Notes under the pieces: generated by a model
What the model saw: the letters and a program-made list of their open reading frames with translations, nothing else
Database searches by the model: none
Told to the model about the DNA's origin: nothing
Translations under genes and position numbers: made by a program
In this document: positions 8,885-20,538 of the stretch, in pieces
Numbering within the stretch: the stretch's first letter is position 1
How the letters are laid out: each line of letters starts with the position of its first letter
NCBI RefSeq assembly: GCF_000011465.1
Contig: NC_005072.1
Span: 480,001 to 512,000, forward strand
DNA: 32,000 bases
Source of the DNA: Prochlorococcus marinus subsp. pastoris str. CCMP1986
GTDB taxonomy: Bacteria > Cyanobacteriota > Cyanobacteriia > PCC-6307 > Cyanobiaceae
Direction of reading: 5' to 3'

Positions 8885-10635
8885 TGAAAAGAAGTAAGAA
8901 AATTGTTCATTTATTACCTCTCAAACCTCGAAGGTTTAAGGTTACTTATATATGTTGTTTATTATTGATTTTTGGACTATTTGGAAGGCTTGTAAATTTA
9001 CAAGTTTTTAGTGCCTCTGACTTACAAAAAAAAGCGAGATTAATACAATTCACCAAGATTAGTTCTTTAAATAAGAGAAGATCAATAGTAGATAGAAATA
9101 ATAGACTAATTGCTTATGATAAACCTCTATACAGATTATGGGCTCATCCTAAGTACTTTAACTTCCCTGGAGATCCAACTAATAGAGTAAGAACTATTGA
9201 TGAAGTGGTTAATAAATTGACGCCAATTTTAAATGTAAAAGATGAATTGCTTCTATCAAAGTTTGAAAATAAAATGTTAGGAATTGAATTGCTGGATGAA
9301 ATAACAGAGAATCAAGCAAAAAAGATCAAAAACCTTCATATTAGTGGTTTGGATCTCGTTAAATATTCTCAAAGATATTATCCTCAACGTAATTTGTATT
9401 CAAATCTTATTGGTTTTGTTAATTATGAGAATAAAGGTTCAGCTGGTTTAGAGCTGCATTTAGATAATCAAATCAAAGTACTTAACAAAAGTAATTTGAT
9501 TAAGAAAGGAGGAGATGGAACACCTCTCCCGGATAATTCGGGACCAAGAGATTTTATTAGTGACTACAAGAGTTTAGGTTTGACAATAGATTCAAGATTA
9601 CAGAAAGCTACTTTTAAAGCTTTAAGTAACCATGTAGTGAAGTGGAACGCAAAGAAAGGCTTCGCAATAGTAATGAATGTAAATAACGGAGAGATCTTAT
9701 CACTAGCATCAATTCCATCTTATGATCCAAATAAATATTGGGATTATGATTCCGAAGTCTTTAGAGGTTGGTATTCTCAAGATTTATTCGAGCCTGGTTC
9801 AACTTTTAAACCAATAAATCTAGCCTTAGCATTAGAAGAAAAAGCAATCCAAAAAGATGGTTTAGTTGAAGATAGTGGGGAGGTTAATGTTGGAGGATGG
9901 AGTCTTTCAAATTGGGATAAAAAAGGAAATGGCTATATTGATTATCCAAAAGTTTTACAAGTTTCAAGTAATGTGGGGATGGTAAAAATAATGCAAAATT
10001 TGCCGTCTAAGACTTATTGGAATTGGTTAAATAAATTAGGTATTAATAAACGTTTGGAGACGGATTTATTTGAATCTACAGCTGGTCAATTAAAGTCAAA
10101 AAATATATTTGTTACTCAGTCAATTGAGCCAGCAGTAGCATCTTTTGGAAAGGGTTTTTCTATTTCTCCTTTAAAATTAGCTCAACTTCACGCTGTTCTA
10201 GCTAATGGGGGAAGTGAAATAATTCCTCATGTTACTTTCAATTTTAAAGCTCACCTTAAAAACTATTCTCCAAAAGAAATCTTTTCTAACGAGGTATCAA
10301 AAACTGTTCTTAAATGGATGGAAAGTGTCGTTGATAATGGCAGTGGAAAAGGAGCGAAAATTGATGGATACAGAATTGGTGGGAAAACTGGAACTTCTCA
10401 AAAGGCAGTTAATGGAAGGTATACTAATAAAAAGGTTTGTAGTTTTGTAGCTTCTTTTCCTGTTAATAATCCAAAGTATGTTGTCCTCGTTGTTATTGAC
10501 GAACCTTCAAAGGCATACGCTTATGGTTCAACGGTTGCAGTGCCAATTGCAAAAGAAATCATCGAAAGTTTAATTGTTATTGAAAAAATACCGCCACAAA
10601 TTGAAGAAAACAGGAAAGTTGTTAAAAAACCATGA
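8884..10635 (+). CDS. ftsI: penicillin-binding protein, FtsI/PBP2-class peptidoglycan transpeptidase
   Basis: 583 aa; FEPGSTFKP (SxxK), SSNVGM (SxN), GKTGTSQ (KTG) motifs. Confidence 0.95.
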   Translation: MKRSKKIVHLLPLKPRRFKVTYICCLLLIFGLFGRLVNLQVFSASDLQKKARLIQFTKISSLNKRRSIVDRNNRLIAYDKPLYRLWAHPKYFNFPGDPTNRVRTIDEVVNKLTPILNVKDELLLSKFENKMLGIELLDEITENQAKKIKNLHISGLDLVKYSQRYYPQRNLYSNLIGFVNYENKGSAGLELHLDNQIKVLNKSNLIKKGGDGTPLPDNSGPRDFISDYKSLGLTIDSRLQKATFKALSNHVVKWNAKKGFAIVMNVNNGEILSLASIPSYDPNKYWDYDSEVFRGWYSQDLFEPGSTFKPINLALALEEKAIQKDGLVEDSGEVNVGGWSLSNWDKKGNGYIDYPKVLQVSSNVGMVKIMQNLPSKTYWNWLNKLGINKRLETDLFESTAGQLKSKNIFVTQSIEPAVASFGKGFSISPLKLAQLHAVLANGGSEIIPHVTFNFKAHLKNYSPKEIFSNEVSKTVLKWMESVVDNGSGKGAKIDGYRIGGKTGTSQKAVNGRYTNKKVCSFVASFPVNNPKYVVLVVIDEPSKAYAYGSTVAVPIAKEIIESLIVIEKIPPQIEENRKVVKKP

Positions 10636-10725
10636 AATTATTCTGGTTTTTAGTTAATTAGTTCATTATTTAATGATTTCATTTGAAATTGAAGCTATCG
10701 TATAAAAATATATTGTTATGTAAAA

Positions 10726-11727
10726 ATGAAATCAATTTTAGAACAATTATCTTCTATTACTGTTGTTGTCGCTGATACTGGAGATTTAGATGCGATTAAA
10801 AAGTTTCAACCTAGAGATGCCACCACTAATCCATCACTAATATTGGCTGCGGCTAAGAATCCTGATTACATAAAATTAATCGATCAAGCTTTGGAAAGCT
10901 CAAGAAAATCCCTACCTGCTGGCTTTTCTGAAAGTGAATTAATTAAAGAGACTATAGATCAGGTTTCAGTATTTTTTGGCAAGGAGATTCTTAATCTTAT
11001 TTCTGGAAGAGTATCTACAGAAGTTGATGCAAGACTAAGTTTTGATACTGAAGCAACAGTTACAAAAGCGAGAAAGTTAATAAATCACTATAAAAGTTTT
11101 GGAATAAATAAAGAAAGAATATTGATTAAGATCGCTTCAACTTGGGAAGGAATTAAGGCAGCTGAAATTTTAGAAAAAGAAGGTATTAAATGCAATTTAA
11201 CTTTACTTTTTAACTTCTGCCAAGCTGTAGCCTGTGCTAATGCAAAAATAACCTTAATCTCGCCTTTCGTAGGGCGAATATTGGATTGGCATAAAGCAAA
11301 AACTGGCAAAGATAACTTTGCAGGGTGTGAAGATCCAGGTGTTATATCAGTAACCAAAATCTACAATTATTTTAAAGAAAAAGGATTTAAAACTGAAGTC
11401 ATGGGTGCAAGCTTTAGAAATATAGATGAAATAAAAGAATTAGCAGGATGTGACCTTCTAACTATTGCTCCAAAATTTTTAGACGAACTTAATAGAGAGG
11501 AAGGGGAATTAATTAAAAAATTAGATGAAGATACTCAATCCCAAAGTTCTATTGATTATAAATTTGATGAGAAGGACTTTAGATTAAGTATGTTAGAGGA
11601 TCAAATGGCAAGTGAAAAGCTTAGTGAAGGAATAACAGGCTTCAGCAAAGCAATAGAAGAATTAGAAGAGTTGTTATTAAAAAGACTTTCAGAAATTAAT
11701 AATCAAAAATTAATTTCGACAACTTAG
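10726..11727 (+). CDS. tal: transaldolase
   Basis: 333 aa; [57 protein letters not shown]. Confidence 0.96.
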   Translation: MKSILEQLSSITVVVADTGDLDAIKKFQPRDATTNPSLILAAAKNPDYIKLIDQALESSRKSLPAGFSESELIKETIDQVSVFFGKEILNLISGRVSTEVDARLSFDTEATVTKARKLINHYKSFGINKERILIKIASTWEGIKAAEILEKEGIKCNLTLLFNFCQAVACANAKITLISPFVGRILDWHKAKTGKDNFAGCEDPGVISVTKIYNYFKEKGFKTEVMGASFRNIDEIKELAGCDLLTIAPKFLDELNREEGELIKKLDEDTQSQSSIDYKFDEKDFRLSMLEDQMASEKLSEGITGFSKAIEELEELLLKRLSEINNQKLISTT

Positions 11728-11752
11728 ATTTAATTTTAATTAAAACATAAAA

Positions 11753-12886
11753 TTAATCTTTGCTTTTGGTTAGAAGTCTCTTGATAACTCTCATCGCGAT
11801 GTCTTCATAATTCATTTGACCAGATAATATTTGAGCAATACGTTGAGGGGCTGTTTTCCTTTTGACACCTAATTGATAGCCAGTTCTTGGGAATCTATAA
11901 AAGATTTGAGCAATTCTCTTTCCCCATGCCATGGATTTTCCCCATTCATTATTAATGTTTGTTGAATAATTATTTAAATCATTATTATTACTGGACAAAC
12001 ACTCGTCAATACTTTCTGCGGCAAAATAACTACTCATTAGTGAAGGTCTAATACCTTCGGCCAAAAAAGGATCGCAAAGTGAGGCTGCATCCCCCACCGC
12101 AATTACTCTATCTCCATTGAGCTTGTTTAGACCATTCCAAATTCTTAGTTTTTTATGAACCACCTTAAAAGATAAATCTTCAAATCCGAAACTTTTTATT
12201 ACTTTATTATTAAGGTCTTTATTTTCTAGAAGTTTATTATTTATAAAAGTGCCTAAGCCAATATTGACACTGTCTTTTAATGGGAATGCCCAAGCAAATC
12301 CATACTTAACAAATCCAAACTCAAATCTAACTGAATCTTTAGGAATATTCCCTAATCCTTTTAACCTCAAGGCGATAGTATTGGCAAATTTTGGCTTTCT
12401 TGGACCTAAGTTGAAATATCCAGCCCATCTAGATTGTGAACCGTCGGCAATAACAAGAAATTTAGATTTATATGTAACTTTATTGTTGCATTTTATTATC
12501 CAAGTCTTATTTTGCTGCGTTATTTTTTCGACCTGTACTGGTCTTAGTATCTCACCGCCATATTTTATAGCTTCATCAAGTAATAATCTATCTAATTTTT
12601 CTCTTCTAATTATCCAAAAAGGTGATTCACCACTAAGGTCGGCAACAACATTATCAGATGACTCCCATCTGAATTCAACATTCCTGATTTTAGATTCTAT
12701 TGATTCATCTATATCTAATGGGAGATATTTTTTCATTGAGGATGCCATCCCTCCTGCGCAGGGCTTTATATTTCCTGATGCCTCCTTCTCTATAATTAAG
12801 ACTGAATAGCCTTTTTTTGATAAGTTAAGTGCTGTAGAAGATCCTGAGAGGCCTCCTCCAATAATTATAATGTCGAATTCCTTCAA
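11753..12886 (-). CDS. geranylgeranyl-reductase-family FAD-dependent oxidoreductase
   Basis: 377 aa; [31 protein letters not shown] (FAD Rossmann), [32 protein letters not shown]. Confidence 0.88.
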   Translation of the reverse strand: MKEFDIIIIGGGLSGSSTALNLSKKGYSVLIIEKEASGNIKPCAGGMASSMKKYLPLDIDESIESKIRNVEFRWESSDNVVADLSGESPFWIIRREKLDRLLLDEAIKYGGEILRPVQVEKITQQNKTWIIKCNNKVTYKSKFLVIADGSQSRWAGYFNLGPRKPKFANTIALRLKGLGNIPKDSVRFEFGFVKYGFAWAFPLKDSVNIGLGTFINNKLLENKDLNNKVIKSFGFEDLSFKVVHKKLRIWNGLNKLNGDRVIAVGDAASLCDPFLAEGIRPSLMSSYFAAESIDECLSSNNNDLNNYSTNINNEWGKSMAWGKRIAQIFYRFPRTGYQLGVKRKTAPQRIAQILSGQMNYEDIAMRVIKRLLTKSKD

Positions 12887-13431
12887 ACTTTTAGAATTTC
12901 TTTCTCCTTTTCAGATAATTTAGTTTCTATTAAAGAAATATATTTGTCAGTAAATTTTTGTATCTCTAATTGATTATCTCTTGATACATCTTTTGATATT
13001 AAACCTTCTTTCTCATCTTTTTTCTCTTTGTCAACAGCATCTCTTCTAATATTTCTTAGCGCTACTTTACCTTCCTCTGCATATTTAGAAGCTAACTTGC
13101 AAAACTCTTTTCTTCTTTCTTCAGTTAATGGTGGGACATTTATTCTTATCACCTTCCCATCATTGTTGGGGGTGATACCTAAATCACTAACTGAGATTGC
13201 TTTTTCAATAGTTTGTAGTGAAGAAATATCAAATGGTTGTATTGAAATTGTTTGTGAATCGATAGTTGATATTGAGGCAAGTGATTTGATGGGGGTTTCT
13301 GCTCCATAATATTCAACACTTATTCTGTCTAATAATGATGCGTTAGCCCTCCCCGTCCTAATGGTATTAAAGTTTCTTTGAGTGGCTTCAACACTTTTGT
13401 TCATACTAGATTGAATTTCTTGTTCTTTCAT
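12883..13431 (-). CDS. frr: ribosome recycling factor
   Basis: 182 aa; [18 protein letters not shown] motif '[27 protein letters not shown]', [10 protein letters not shown]. Confidence 0.97.
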   Translation of the reverse strand: MKEQEIQSSMNKSVEATQRNFNTIRTGRANASLLDRISVEYYGAETPIKSLASISTIDSQTISIQPFDISSLQTIEKAISVSDLGITPNNDGKVIRINVPPLTEERRKEFCKLASKYAEEGKVALRNIRRDAVDKEKKDEKEGLISKDVSRDNQLEIQKFTDKYISLIETKLSEKEKEILKV

Positions 13432-13459
13432 AATTAGAAATAATTAACTTAAAAAAGTT

Positions 13460-14164
13460 TTAACTTATTAAAGAGCCTATAGACTCTCCGGCAACAGCTC
13501 TGGAGATATTACCTTTTTTAAAAATATCAAAAACCATAATTGGAATATTATTATCTTTGCATAGAGCAATAGCAGTACTGTCCATCACAGCGATTTCATC
13601 ACTAAGAACCTGTTGGTAAGTTAGAGAAGAATACTTTTTTGCTTCTTTGAATTTATTAGGATCACGATCATAAACCCCGTCAACTTTTGTCGCCTTCATA
13701 ACAACTTCAGCATTTATTTCGGCGGCCCTCAAAGCGGCAGTAGTATCTGTAGTGAAAAATGGATTTCCACAACCACCACCAAAAACTACAACTCTTCCTT
13801 TCTCTAAATGTCTCATTGCTCTTCTTCTAATGTAAGGTTCAGCAATTTCTTGCATCTCTATAGCCGTTTGTACTCTAGTTTCAACCCCAACTCTCTCTAA
13901 TCCATCTTGAAGGGAAATAGCATTCATCACTGTTGCTAACATTCCGACATAATCAGCTGTAGCTCTGTCCATACCATCCGCAGAACCTTTTAGTCCTCTA
14001 AATATGTTGCCACCCCCGACAACTATTGCAAGTTGAACTTTATTTGCAATTACCCTCTCAACATCTTCAGCTATTGATTGAACTATCGCAGGGTCTATAC
14101 CGTACGGTTTATCTCCCATTAGTGCTTCACCACTAAGCTTTAAAAGTACTCTTTTGTAAGTCAT
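13460..14164 (-). CDS. pyrH: uridylate kinase
   Basis: 234 aa; [54 protein letters not shown]. Confidence 0.97.
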   Translation of the reverse strand: MTYKRVLLKLSGEALMGDKPYGIDPAIVQSIAEDVERVIANKVQLAIVVGGGNIFRGLKGSADGMDRATADYVGMLATVMNAISLQDGLERVGVETRVQTAIEMQEIAEPYIRRRAMRHLEKGRVVVFGGGCGNPFFTTDTTAALRAAEINAEVVMKATKVDGVYDRDPNKFKEAKKYSSLTYQQVLSDEIAVMDSTAIALCKDNNIPIMVFDIFKKGNISRAVAGESIGSLIS

Positions 14165-14293
14165 TCAATAATCATACTTTTATGACCTTAGCAAGTAAAT
14201 ATACATTATTTCTTTTTTAGGTTAATAATACTTCCGTCTTTAAACAATTCTCAATCGAAAACCAGAAAAAACCAATAATGTTCCTTTAAAATT

Positions 14294-14989
14294 CTAAAAC
14301 TCCACACATGCTTGAGCTTTTATTCCTTGCTCCTTAAAAGGATGCCTAATTAATTTCATCTCTGTTACTAGATCAGCTTGATTAATGATTGATTCGGAAG
14401 CTCCTCTTCCAGTTAAAACTATGTGATTTTTTCTATTATCGAGACTTTTTACAAATGTAATTATTTCTTCTGGAGAAAGATATCCAAGTTTGGTTGCAAT
14501 ATTAATTTCATCAAGGATTATAAGTTTGTATGATTCATCTTTTATGAATTTTTTAGCTACATGCCAAGCTTCTTTAACTAATACTTCGTCCCTTACTCTA
14601 TCTTGTGTTTCCCAAGTAAATCCCTCTCCTAAAGCATGCCATGAAATATTTGATGATAAATTTTTAAGAGCTTTTTCTTCACCGGTAGTCCAACCACCTT
14701 TAATAAATTGAATAATTGCGACTTTATGACCATGTCCAATAGTTCTTAACGCCATTCCTAAAGAAGCAGTTGTTTTCCCTTTCCCATTTCCAGTAAAAAC
14801 AATTAATAAACCTTTTTTTGTTTTCCTTACTTGTAATCTCTTTGATTGAATATCTTTTCTTTTTTGCATTCTTTTTTTATACAGATTCTCATCAGTTTCA
14901 GGAGATAACCTGCCTCCTATTCCAAGTTCCTTAGCCTGAATATCAAGACTAGTTATATTTTTTGAAGCGGGTTGTTTCTCATCAGCCAT
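14294..14989 (-). CDS. cobO: cob(I)yrinic acid a,c-diamide adenosyltransferase
   Basis: 231 aa; Walker A 'VFTGNGKGKTTASLGMALR', 'LIILDEINIATKLGYL', 'HIVLTGRGAS'. Confidence 0.93.
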   Translation of the reverse strand: MADEKQPASKNITSLDIQAKELGIGGRLSPETDENLYKKRMQKRKDIQSKRLQVRKTKKGLLIVFTGNGKGKTTASLGMALRTIGHGHKVAIIQFIKGGWTTGEEKALKNLSSNISWHALGEGFTWETQDRVRDEVLVKEAWHVAKKFIKDESYKLIILDEINIATKLGYLSPEEIITFVKSLDNRKNHIVLTGRGASESIINQADLVTEMKLIRHPFKEQGIKAQACVEF

Positions 14990-15019
14990 AAAATAACTTT
15001 TAACTTTTATTATACTGAT

Positions 15020-16189
15020 TTAAAAAATTTCACGTTTTTTATATTTTGAAAGTGCATTATTAACAGCTTGTTGCTGATCTCGTTTCGTTATCCAGTGATG
15101 GTACGTTTGAGTATGTAGGCTGACGGAATGTCCCATCATTCTTGCGGCAACTGTATCAGGTAGATCATAGAAAATCGTCCTAACTGCCCAAGCATGTCTT
15201 AGGTCATAAGGTTTGATCTTAAGGGAATAACGTTTAAATTGATCAGTTATTTTTTTTCCAATATTTTGCAAAGTTGTAACTCTAAGATCTCTATTGATTT
15301 TTGGAAGTAATTCTGGATCTTTGCCTAATTCACAAAGTTCAAATTTATCTATCCATTTAGGATGAAAAGGCCAAACCTGATGTTCGCCTGTTTTTGTAGT
15401 AGGCAAAACTCTAATGATTTTGTCTCCAGAATTAGTTAAGGAGCTTAAATCACAAAAAAATACTTCATGATTTCTTAACCCATATGTAGCCATAAGCCCG
15501 AAAACATATTTCCATGATTTGTTTGGTATGTTTTCCCATAGATTTTCAATTATCTCGTCAGTAGGAAGATTCCTAAAGCTTGCTTTATTTAGACCATATC
15601 CCTTAGCCATTAATTTCCAATCTTCAGGAAGTTTATGTTCTAAAAATTTTGCTAAAACACTCAGGGAAGTAGCGCATTGTTTTCTGCTTCTGCTCCCTTC
15701 TTTATAAGTTTTTAATGTGGTTGTAAAAATATTATCTAAATTGTCAGTTTTCGTATCATTTTGGATGGATATCATTCTATTAATGTAGGGCTTATAAGAG
15801 CTTCTCCAAGTTGTTTTTCGAGTGCTTGTTAAGTATTCGTTTTTATTCTCCCTAAAAAAATATTTCTCAAAATCATTAAGTCTAGTTAAAAATTTAAATT
15901 CTTCTTTTTTTTCTTTTTTATCAGAAATTTTTACCCAATTGATCCAATCAAATTGATTTAACTCTAATTGCAAAGTTATCAATTGTAATTTTTTCTTGGC
16001 TTCTTCTAAGCCATTAAAATCTGCTTTGAGTCCAAGAGATATTCGTTGAACTGCAAAGTCATTTTTATCATTTTTTGAAGGTAGTGAACCTCTAATATTT
16101 AATGTCTCGCCTCTTTTTTCAATTCTAAGTTTGCTTCCTTTAGTAGCAAATTTATCATTGACATTATTAATTTCCTGAATTACGTTCAT
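15020..16189 (-). CDS. tyrosine recombinase / phage-integrase-family protein
   Basis: 389 aa; catalytic constellation visible: GLRNHEV (Arg I), LRHAWAVR (HxxR), MMGHS (His), TQTYHHW (Tyr). Confidence 0.88.
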   Translation of the reverse strand: MNVIQEINNVNDKFATKGSKLRIEKRGETLNIRGSLPSKNDKNDFAVQRISLGLKADFNGLEEAKKKLQLITLQLELNQFDWINWVKISDKKEKKEEFKFLTRLNDFEKYFFRENKNEYLTSTRKTTWRSSYKPYINRMISIQNDTKTDNLDNIFTTTLKTYKEGSRSRKQCATSLSVLAKFLEHKLPEDWKLMAKGYGLNKASFRNLPTDEIIENLWENIPNKSWKYVFGLMATYGLRNHEVFFCDLSSLTNSGDKIIRVLPTTKTGEHQVWPFHPKWIDKFELCELGKDPELLPKINRDLRVTTLQNIGKKITDQFKRYSLKIKPYDLRHAWAVRTIFYDLPDTVAARMMGHSVSLHTQTYHHWITKRDQQQAVNNALSKYKKREIF

Positions 16190-16254
16190 TAACTTATATA
16201 ATTACCTTTATAATGACGTTCCAAATGTTTATTTTCAATCTCCATAAAATTTAA

Positions 16255-17430
16255 ATGGAAAAAGTAGGCGTCTTATTAATGAATCTTGGCGGCCCTGAAA
16301 GGATTACAGATGTGGGTCCATTTTTATACAATTTATTTTCTGATCCCGAAATAATAAGGCTTCCCGTCCCAGCATTTCAGAAACCTTTAGCATGGTTAAT
16401 AAGTACACTTAGAAGTACTACTTCACAACAGGCTTACCTTTCAATAGGTGGTGGATCTCCTATAAGAAGGATTACGGAACAACAAGCTAGAGAATTACAA
16501 AGCAAATTAAGAGATAAAGGTTTAAATGTAACAACTTATATAGCTATGAGATACTGGCATCCTTTCACAGAATCAGCCATCGCTGATATGAAAGCAGATG
16601 GGGTAGATCAAATTGTCGTATTGCCTCTGTACCCACACTTTTCTATAAGTACAAGTGGTTCGAGCTTTAGAGAATTAAAAAAATTAAGAGACTCTGATTC
16701 TGAGTTTCAAAAAATACCAATGAGATGTGTAAGGAGTTGGTTTAGTCAATCAGGTTACTTAAAATCCATGGTTGAGCTCATTTCGGAACAAATTTCACTA
16801 TGTGAATCGCCTGATAGTGCACATATCTTTTTTACAGCTCATGGGGTTCCGAAAAGTTATGTAGAGGAAGCAGGAGATCCATATAAAGAACAAATAGAAG
16901 ATTGTTCACTACTAATTATTGATGAACTTGAAAAATATTTAGGTCATACCAATCCCTACACTCTGTCTTATCAAAGTAGGGTAGGTCCAGTTGAATGGTT
17001 AAAACCCTACACAGAAGAAGTTTTGACAGATCTAGGCAAAGCTAAAGTAAATGACTTAATTGTAGTTCCTATAAGTTTCGTAGGAGAACATATTGAAACT
17101 TTACAGGAAATTGATATTGAATATAAAGAAATTGCTGAGAAAGCAGGCATTGTTAATTTTAGAAGGGTAAAAGCATTAAATACACACCCTACATTTATTG
17201 ACGGTTTAAGTGAACTAGTTGTTTCTTGCCTAGAAGGACCGATAATTAATATAGAGAAAGCTTCTGAATTGCCTGAGAAAGTTAAATTATACCCTCAGGA
17301 AAAATGGCAATGGGGTTGGAATAATAGTTCAGAAGTTTGGAACGGTAGGGTTGCTATGATCGTCTTCCTTATACTTTTTATTGAACTTATCTCAGGTTCT
17401 GGGCCTCTTCATAAATTAGGGATTTTATAA
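16255..17430 (+). CDS. hemH: ferrochelatase with C-terminal chlorophyll a/b-binding-like transmembrane domain
   Basis: 391 aa; [45 protein letters not shown]; C-terminus [23 protein letters not shown] is an ExxNGRxAM-type LHC/CAB motif. Confidence 0.96.
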   Translation: MEKVGVLLMNLGGPERITDVGPFLYNLFSDPEIIRLPVPAFQKPLAWLISTLRSTTSQQAYLSIGGGSPIRRITEQQARELQSKLRDKGLNVTTYIAMRYWHPFTESAIADMKADGVDQIVVLPLYPHFSISTSGSSFRELKKLRDSDSEFQKIPMRCVRSWFSQSGYLKSMVELISEQISLCESPDSAHIFFTAHGVPKSYVEEAGDPYKEQIEDCSLLIIDELEKYLGHTNPYTLSYQSRVGPVEWLKPYTEEVLTDLGKAKVNDLIVVPISFVGEHIETLQEIDIEYKEIAEKAGIVNFRRVKALNTHPTFIDGLSELVVSCLEGPIINIEKASELPEKVKLYPQEKWQWGWNNSSEVWNGRVAMIVFLILFIELISGSGPLHKLGIL

Positions 17431-17564
17431 ATTTAATATTTTTAAAAAAGATCTAAAACTTTATTAAGAGCAATTAAATTTCTAAGTAATCTTTGACATT
17501 ACATTTCCAAAATGGGCAATATTTTTTAATTAAGTTTATTATTTAAATAGATTTATTTTCTTTA

Positions 17565-19328
17565 GTGACGCTTACTTCGACATCTTTATCAAAAGATGAT
17601 TCAGAAAAAAATTACCCCATATGGATTACAGGTGCTGAAGCACTAATGGATTCACTAAAAGTTCATGATGTAAAAGTGATATTTGGATATCCAGGCGGCG
17701 CCATACTTCCTATTTATGATGCAGTACATAAAGCAGAAAATGATGGATGGTTAAAACATTACATGGTAAGACATGAGCAGGGAGGATCCCATGCTGCAGA
17801 TGGATATGCCAGGTCAACAGGTGAGGTAGGGGTTTGTTTTGGTACTTCGGGTCCAGGGGCTACGAATTTAGTAACTGGTATTGCTACAGCTCAAATGGAT
17901 TCAGTTCCATTGGTAGTAGTTACTGGCCAAGTTCCAAGACCTGCTATAGGAACAGATGCTTTTCAAGAGACTGATATATTTGGAATTACACTCCCTATTG
18001 TTAAACATTCATGGGTTGTAAGAGATCCGTCTGATATAGCAAAAGTAGTTTCAGAGGCGTTTTTTATTGCTTCTTCTGGAAGACCTGGCCCAGTTTTAAT
18101 TGATATACCAAAAGATGTGGGTCAAGAATTCTTTAATTATGAAAGAATTTTACCTGGTAAGATTATTCCTAAGGGCTTTAAAAGGAATGGAGAAATTAAC
18201 GACGCTGATATCAACCAGGCTATTGAATTGATTCAAGAATCTTCAAGACCTCTGTTATACGTAGGAGGTGGAGCAATATCTTCAGGTGCTCATGAGGAAG
18301 TGGAAACCTTAGCTAATAATTATCAAATTCCAGTGACTACTACGTTAATGGGAAAAGGGGTCTTTGACGAAAGGGATGACTTATCAGTCGGAATGTTGGG
18401 AATGCATGGAACCGCATATGCAAACTTTGCAGTCACGGAATGCGATCTTTTGATTGCTGTAGGTGCGAGATTTGATGATAGGGTTACGGGGAAATTAGAT
18501 ACATTCGCCCCATCTGCAAAGGTTATTCATATTGATATCGATCCTGCAGAAGTTAATAAAAATAGACGTGTTGATGTTGCTATTGTTTCGGATGTAGCTA
18601 AAGCTCTTTCCAAAATTAATGAAAAATATTTTAATAATAAAACCTCCTGCAATACAAAAAATTGGCTAGAAAAAATTAATTTTTGGAAAAATAAGCATCC
18701 TTTATTTGTTCCTCCAGAAGAAGGTGAAATTTATCCTCAAGAAGTTCTTTTGAAAGTAAGGGATTTTGCTCCTGAAGCCTTCATCACAACTGATGTAGGT
18801 CAACATCAAATGTGGGCTGCTCAGTATCTAAGAAATGCTCCGAGAAGATGGATAAGTAGTGCTGGTTTAGGAACGATGGGCTTTGGATTGCCTGCAGCAA
18901 TGGGAGTAAAGGCTGCTCTGCCTAACGAAGAGGTTATCTGCATAGCTGGAGATGCAAGTGTTTTGATGAATATACAAGAATTGGGTACTTTATCTCAATA
19001 TGGTTTAAATATTAAATTAGTGATCATAAATAATCGCTGGCAGGGGATGGTAAGACAGTGGCAAGAAAGCTTTTATGAAGAAAGGTACTCCTCCTCTGAT
19101 ATGAGTTGTGGAGAACCTGATTTCGTTAAACTCGCGGAATCGTTTGGAGTAAAAGGTTTCTTAATTTCAGAGAGGAAACAATTATTAAATGAGTTTAAAT
19201 CTGCTTTAGATTTTGATGGGCCAGCCTTAATAAATGTACGAGTGAGGAGAGGTGAAAATTGCTATCCAATGGTTCCTCCAGGTAAAAGTAATGCTCAAAT
19301 GGTGGGTTACGTGAACAGTGAAAGCTGA
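17565..19328 (+). CDS. ilvB: acetolactate synthase large subunit
   Basis: 587 aa, GTG start; [53 protein letters not shown] (TPP-binding). Confidence 0.96.
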   Translation: MTLTSTSLSKDDSEKNYPIWITGAEALMDSLKVHDVKVIFGYPGGAILPIYDAVHKAENDGWLKHYMVRHEQGGSHAADGYARSTGEVGVCFGTSGPGATNLVTGIATAQMDSVPLVVVTGQVPRPAIGTDAFQETDIFGITLPIVKHSWVVRDPSDIAKVVSEAFFIASSGRPGPVLIDIPKDVGQEFFNYERILPGKIIPKGFKRNGEINDADINQAIELIQESSRPLLYVGGGAISSGAHEEVETLANNYQIPVTTTLMGKGVFDERDDLSVGMLGMHGTAYANFAVTECDLLIAVGARFDDRVTGKLDTFAPSAKVIHIDIDPAEVNKNRRVDVAIVSDVAKALSKINEKYFNNKTSCNTKNWLEKINFWKNKHPLFVPPEEGEIYPQEVLLKVRDFAPEAFITTDVGQHQMWAAQYLRNAPRRWISSAGLGTMGFGLPAAMGVKAALPNEEVICIAGDASVLMNIQELGTLSQYGLNIKLVIINNRWQGMVRQWQESFYEERYSSSDMSCGEPDFVKLAESFGVKGFLISERKQLLNEFKSALDFDGPALINVRVRRGENCYPMVPPGKSNAQMVGYVNSES

Positions 19329-19385
19329 TTTTTGTATAAATATACAAAATTAAAATTATTAACTAAATTAATATAGATACTTAAA

Positions 19386-19739
19386 TTGAAAAAAATAACT
19401 TCTATCTTAATTATTTTCTTTCTGATTGTTTTGTATCCAATTAGAACTTATTCTGCTGAAATTCTTCAGATAAATAACTCAAGTAGTATTTTAGTAGGAG
19501 ATCAAAATAGAGATCTTCCAATCAAATTATTTTGTGTAGAAATTAACAATGAAGATGATGAAAAAATTGCTTTAAACCTACTTAAGAAAGAATTTCCGAG
19601 AGGAAGTAAAGTTAAAATAAAACCTATTGGTTTCAAAGAAAATATATTAACAGCTAGGGTTTTTAATATTAATGAAACTAAAGAAATGTCAGATTTATTA
19701 ATTTCAAAAAATTTATCAAAGGAGACCTGTCAAAATTAA
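19386..19739 (+). CDS. small secreted/lumenal protein; possible degenerate SNase-like (OB-fold) domain
   Basis: 117 aa from a TTG codon; N-terminal signal-peptide-like segment KKITSILIIFFLIVLYPIRTYSAE. The body, by eye, follows the SNase strand order, but without the active-site residues. Confidence 0.55.
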   Translation: MKKITSILIIFFLIVLYPIRTYSAEILQINNSSSILVGDQNRDLPIKLFCVEINNEDDEKIALNLLKKEFPRGSKVKIKPIGFKENILTARVFNINETKEMSDLLISKNLSKETCQN

Positions 19740-19745
19740 AATTTG

Positions 19746-20528
19746 CTAAGAACTTATAAAATTCCATTGCCGTAAAAATGTTTTAGTTCTTCTCCAAGAA
19801 TGAAAGTTATGATTTGATTCATATGTACATAAGTTAGAGATATCAATATTTGTATTGGATATATTTTCTTTTAAAAGTTCAATATGAGCATACTTTTTAA
19901 GATTTAAAGGAATTAAATCGTTTTTTTGTAAATTTACTGACTCTTTTGATTTTAGTGATATCTCCATAGAATCTGAAAATGAAATTGATTCTTTAGACGC
20001 AGCTTTTTTATGAAAATTTTGAAGAGTTTTATTATCTATTAGATAATTTTTTTTTGATATTGATGGACCTATTGCGACAAGCATATCTTCTTTTGAACAT
20101 CCTTTATCATAAAAGATTTTGATGAGTTTTTTTATTATTTTGTTTTCTAACCCCTTTCTTCCGCAATGTATTGCAGCAACAAGTCTTTTCTTCTTGTCAG
20201 CAAATAAAATAGGCATACAATCTGCGGTGTATATCCATAAATTTTGATTTTGTTTATCAGAAACTATTCCATCAGCCTCTACTCTTTCCTTCTCAAGAGT
20301 CTTTGATCCAACAACTATTTGATTGCTGTGTATTTGATTTAAAACGCAATTCTTATTGTTTAACTTAAGACGATTTGATAAAAGTGAAAGATTGATTTCA
20401 GAACTCGTTTTGGTAAAAAAACCATGTTTAAAGTTATTTTCAAGAAGAGTAGGAGATAAATAATATATTAATTTTTTGTCTTTTATCGCAAACTCATTTT
20501 CTTGAAAATATTTTTGGCTAAAAGACAT
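19746..20528 (-). CDS. YfiH/YlmD (DUF152) family purine nucleoside phosphorylase-like / 'polyphenol oxidase' protein
   Basis: 260 aa; LNQIHSNQIVVG, EADGIVSD, WIYTADCMPILFAD, VAAIHCGRKGLENKI (Cys/His Zn site), SKKNYLIDNKT. Confidence 0.9.
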   Translation of the reverse strand: MSFSQKYFQENEFAIKDKKLIYYLSPTLLENNFKHGFFTKTSSEINLSLLSNRLKLNNKNCVLNQIHSNQIVVGSKTLEKERVEADGIVSDKQNQNLWIYTADCMPILFADKKKRLVAAIHCGRKGLENKIIKKLIKIFYDKGCSKEDMLVAIGPSISKKNYLIDNKTLQNFHKKAASKESISFSDSMEISLKSKESVNLQKNDLIPLNLKKYAHIELLKENISNTNIDISNLCTYESNHNFHSWRRTKTFLRQWNFISS

Positions 20529-20538
20529 GATATTAGCC

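Noticed and set aside
11728-11760. AT-rich imperfect inverted repeat between tal and the flavoprotein (GATTtAATTTT ... AAAATTAATC)
   Set aside because: The stem is almost all A/T with a bulge, so it is weak thermodynamically and expected by chance at this composition. It could be a poor bidirectional terminator but is not supportable.
12249-12809. 186-aa plus-strand ORF antisense to the geranylgeranyl-reductase-like gene
   Set aside because: Opposite a strongly conserved flavoprotein; composition (Asn/Ser/Leu/Pro-rich) looks like a mirror of the sense frame.
15020-16189. Integrase as the marker of a genomic island or prophage
   Set aside because: All flanking genes are core metabolism on both sides; no tRNA, att-like direct repeat, cargo or phage structural gene was seen in the window.
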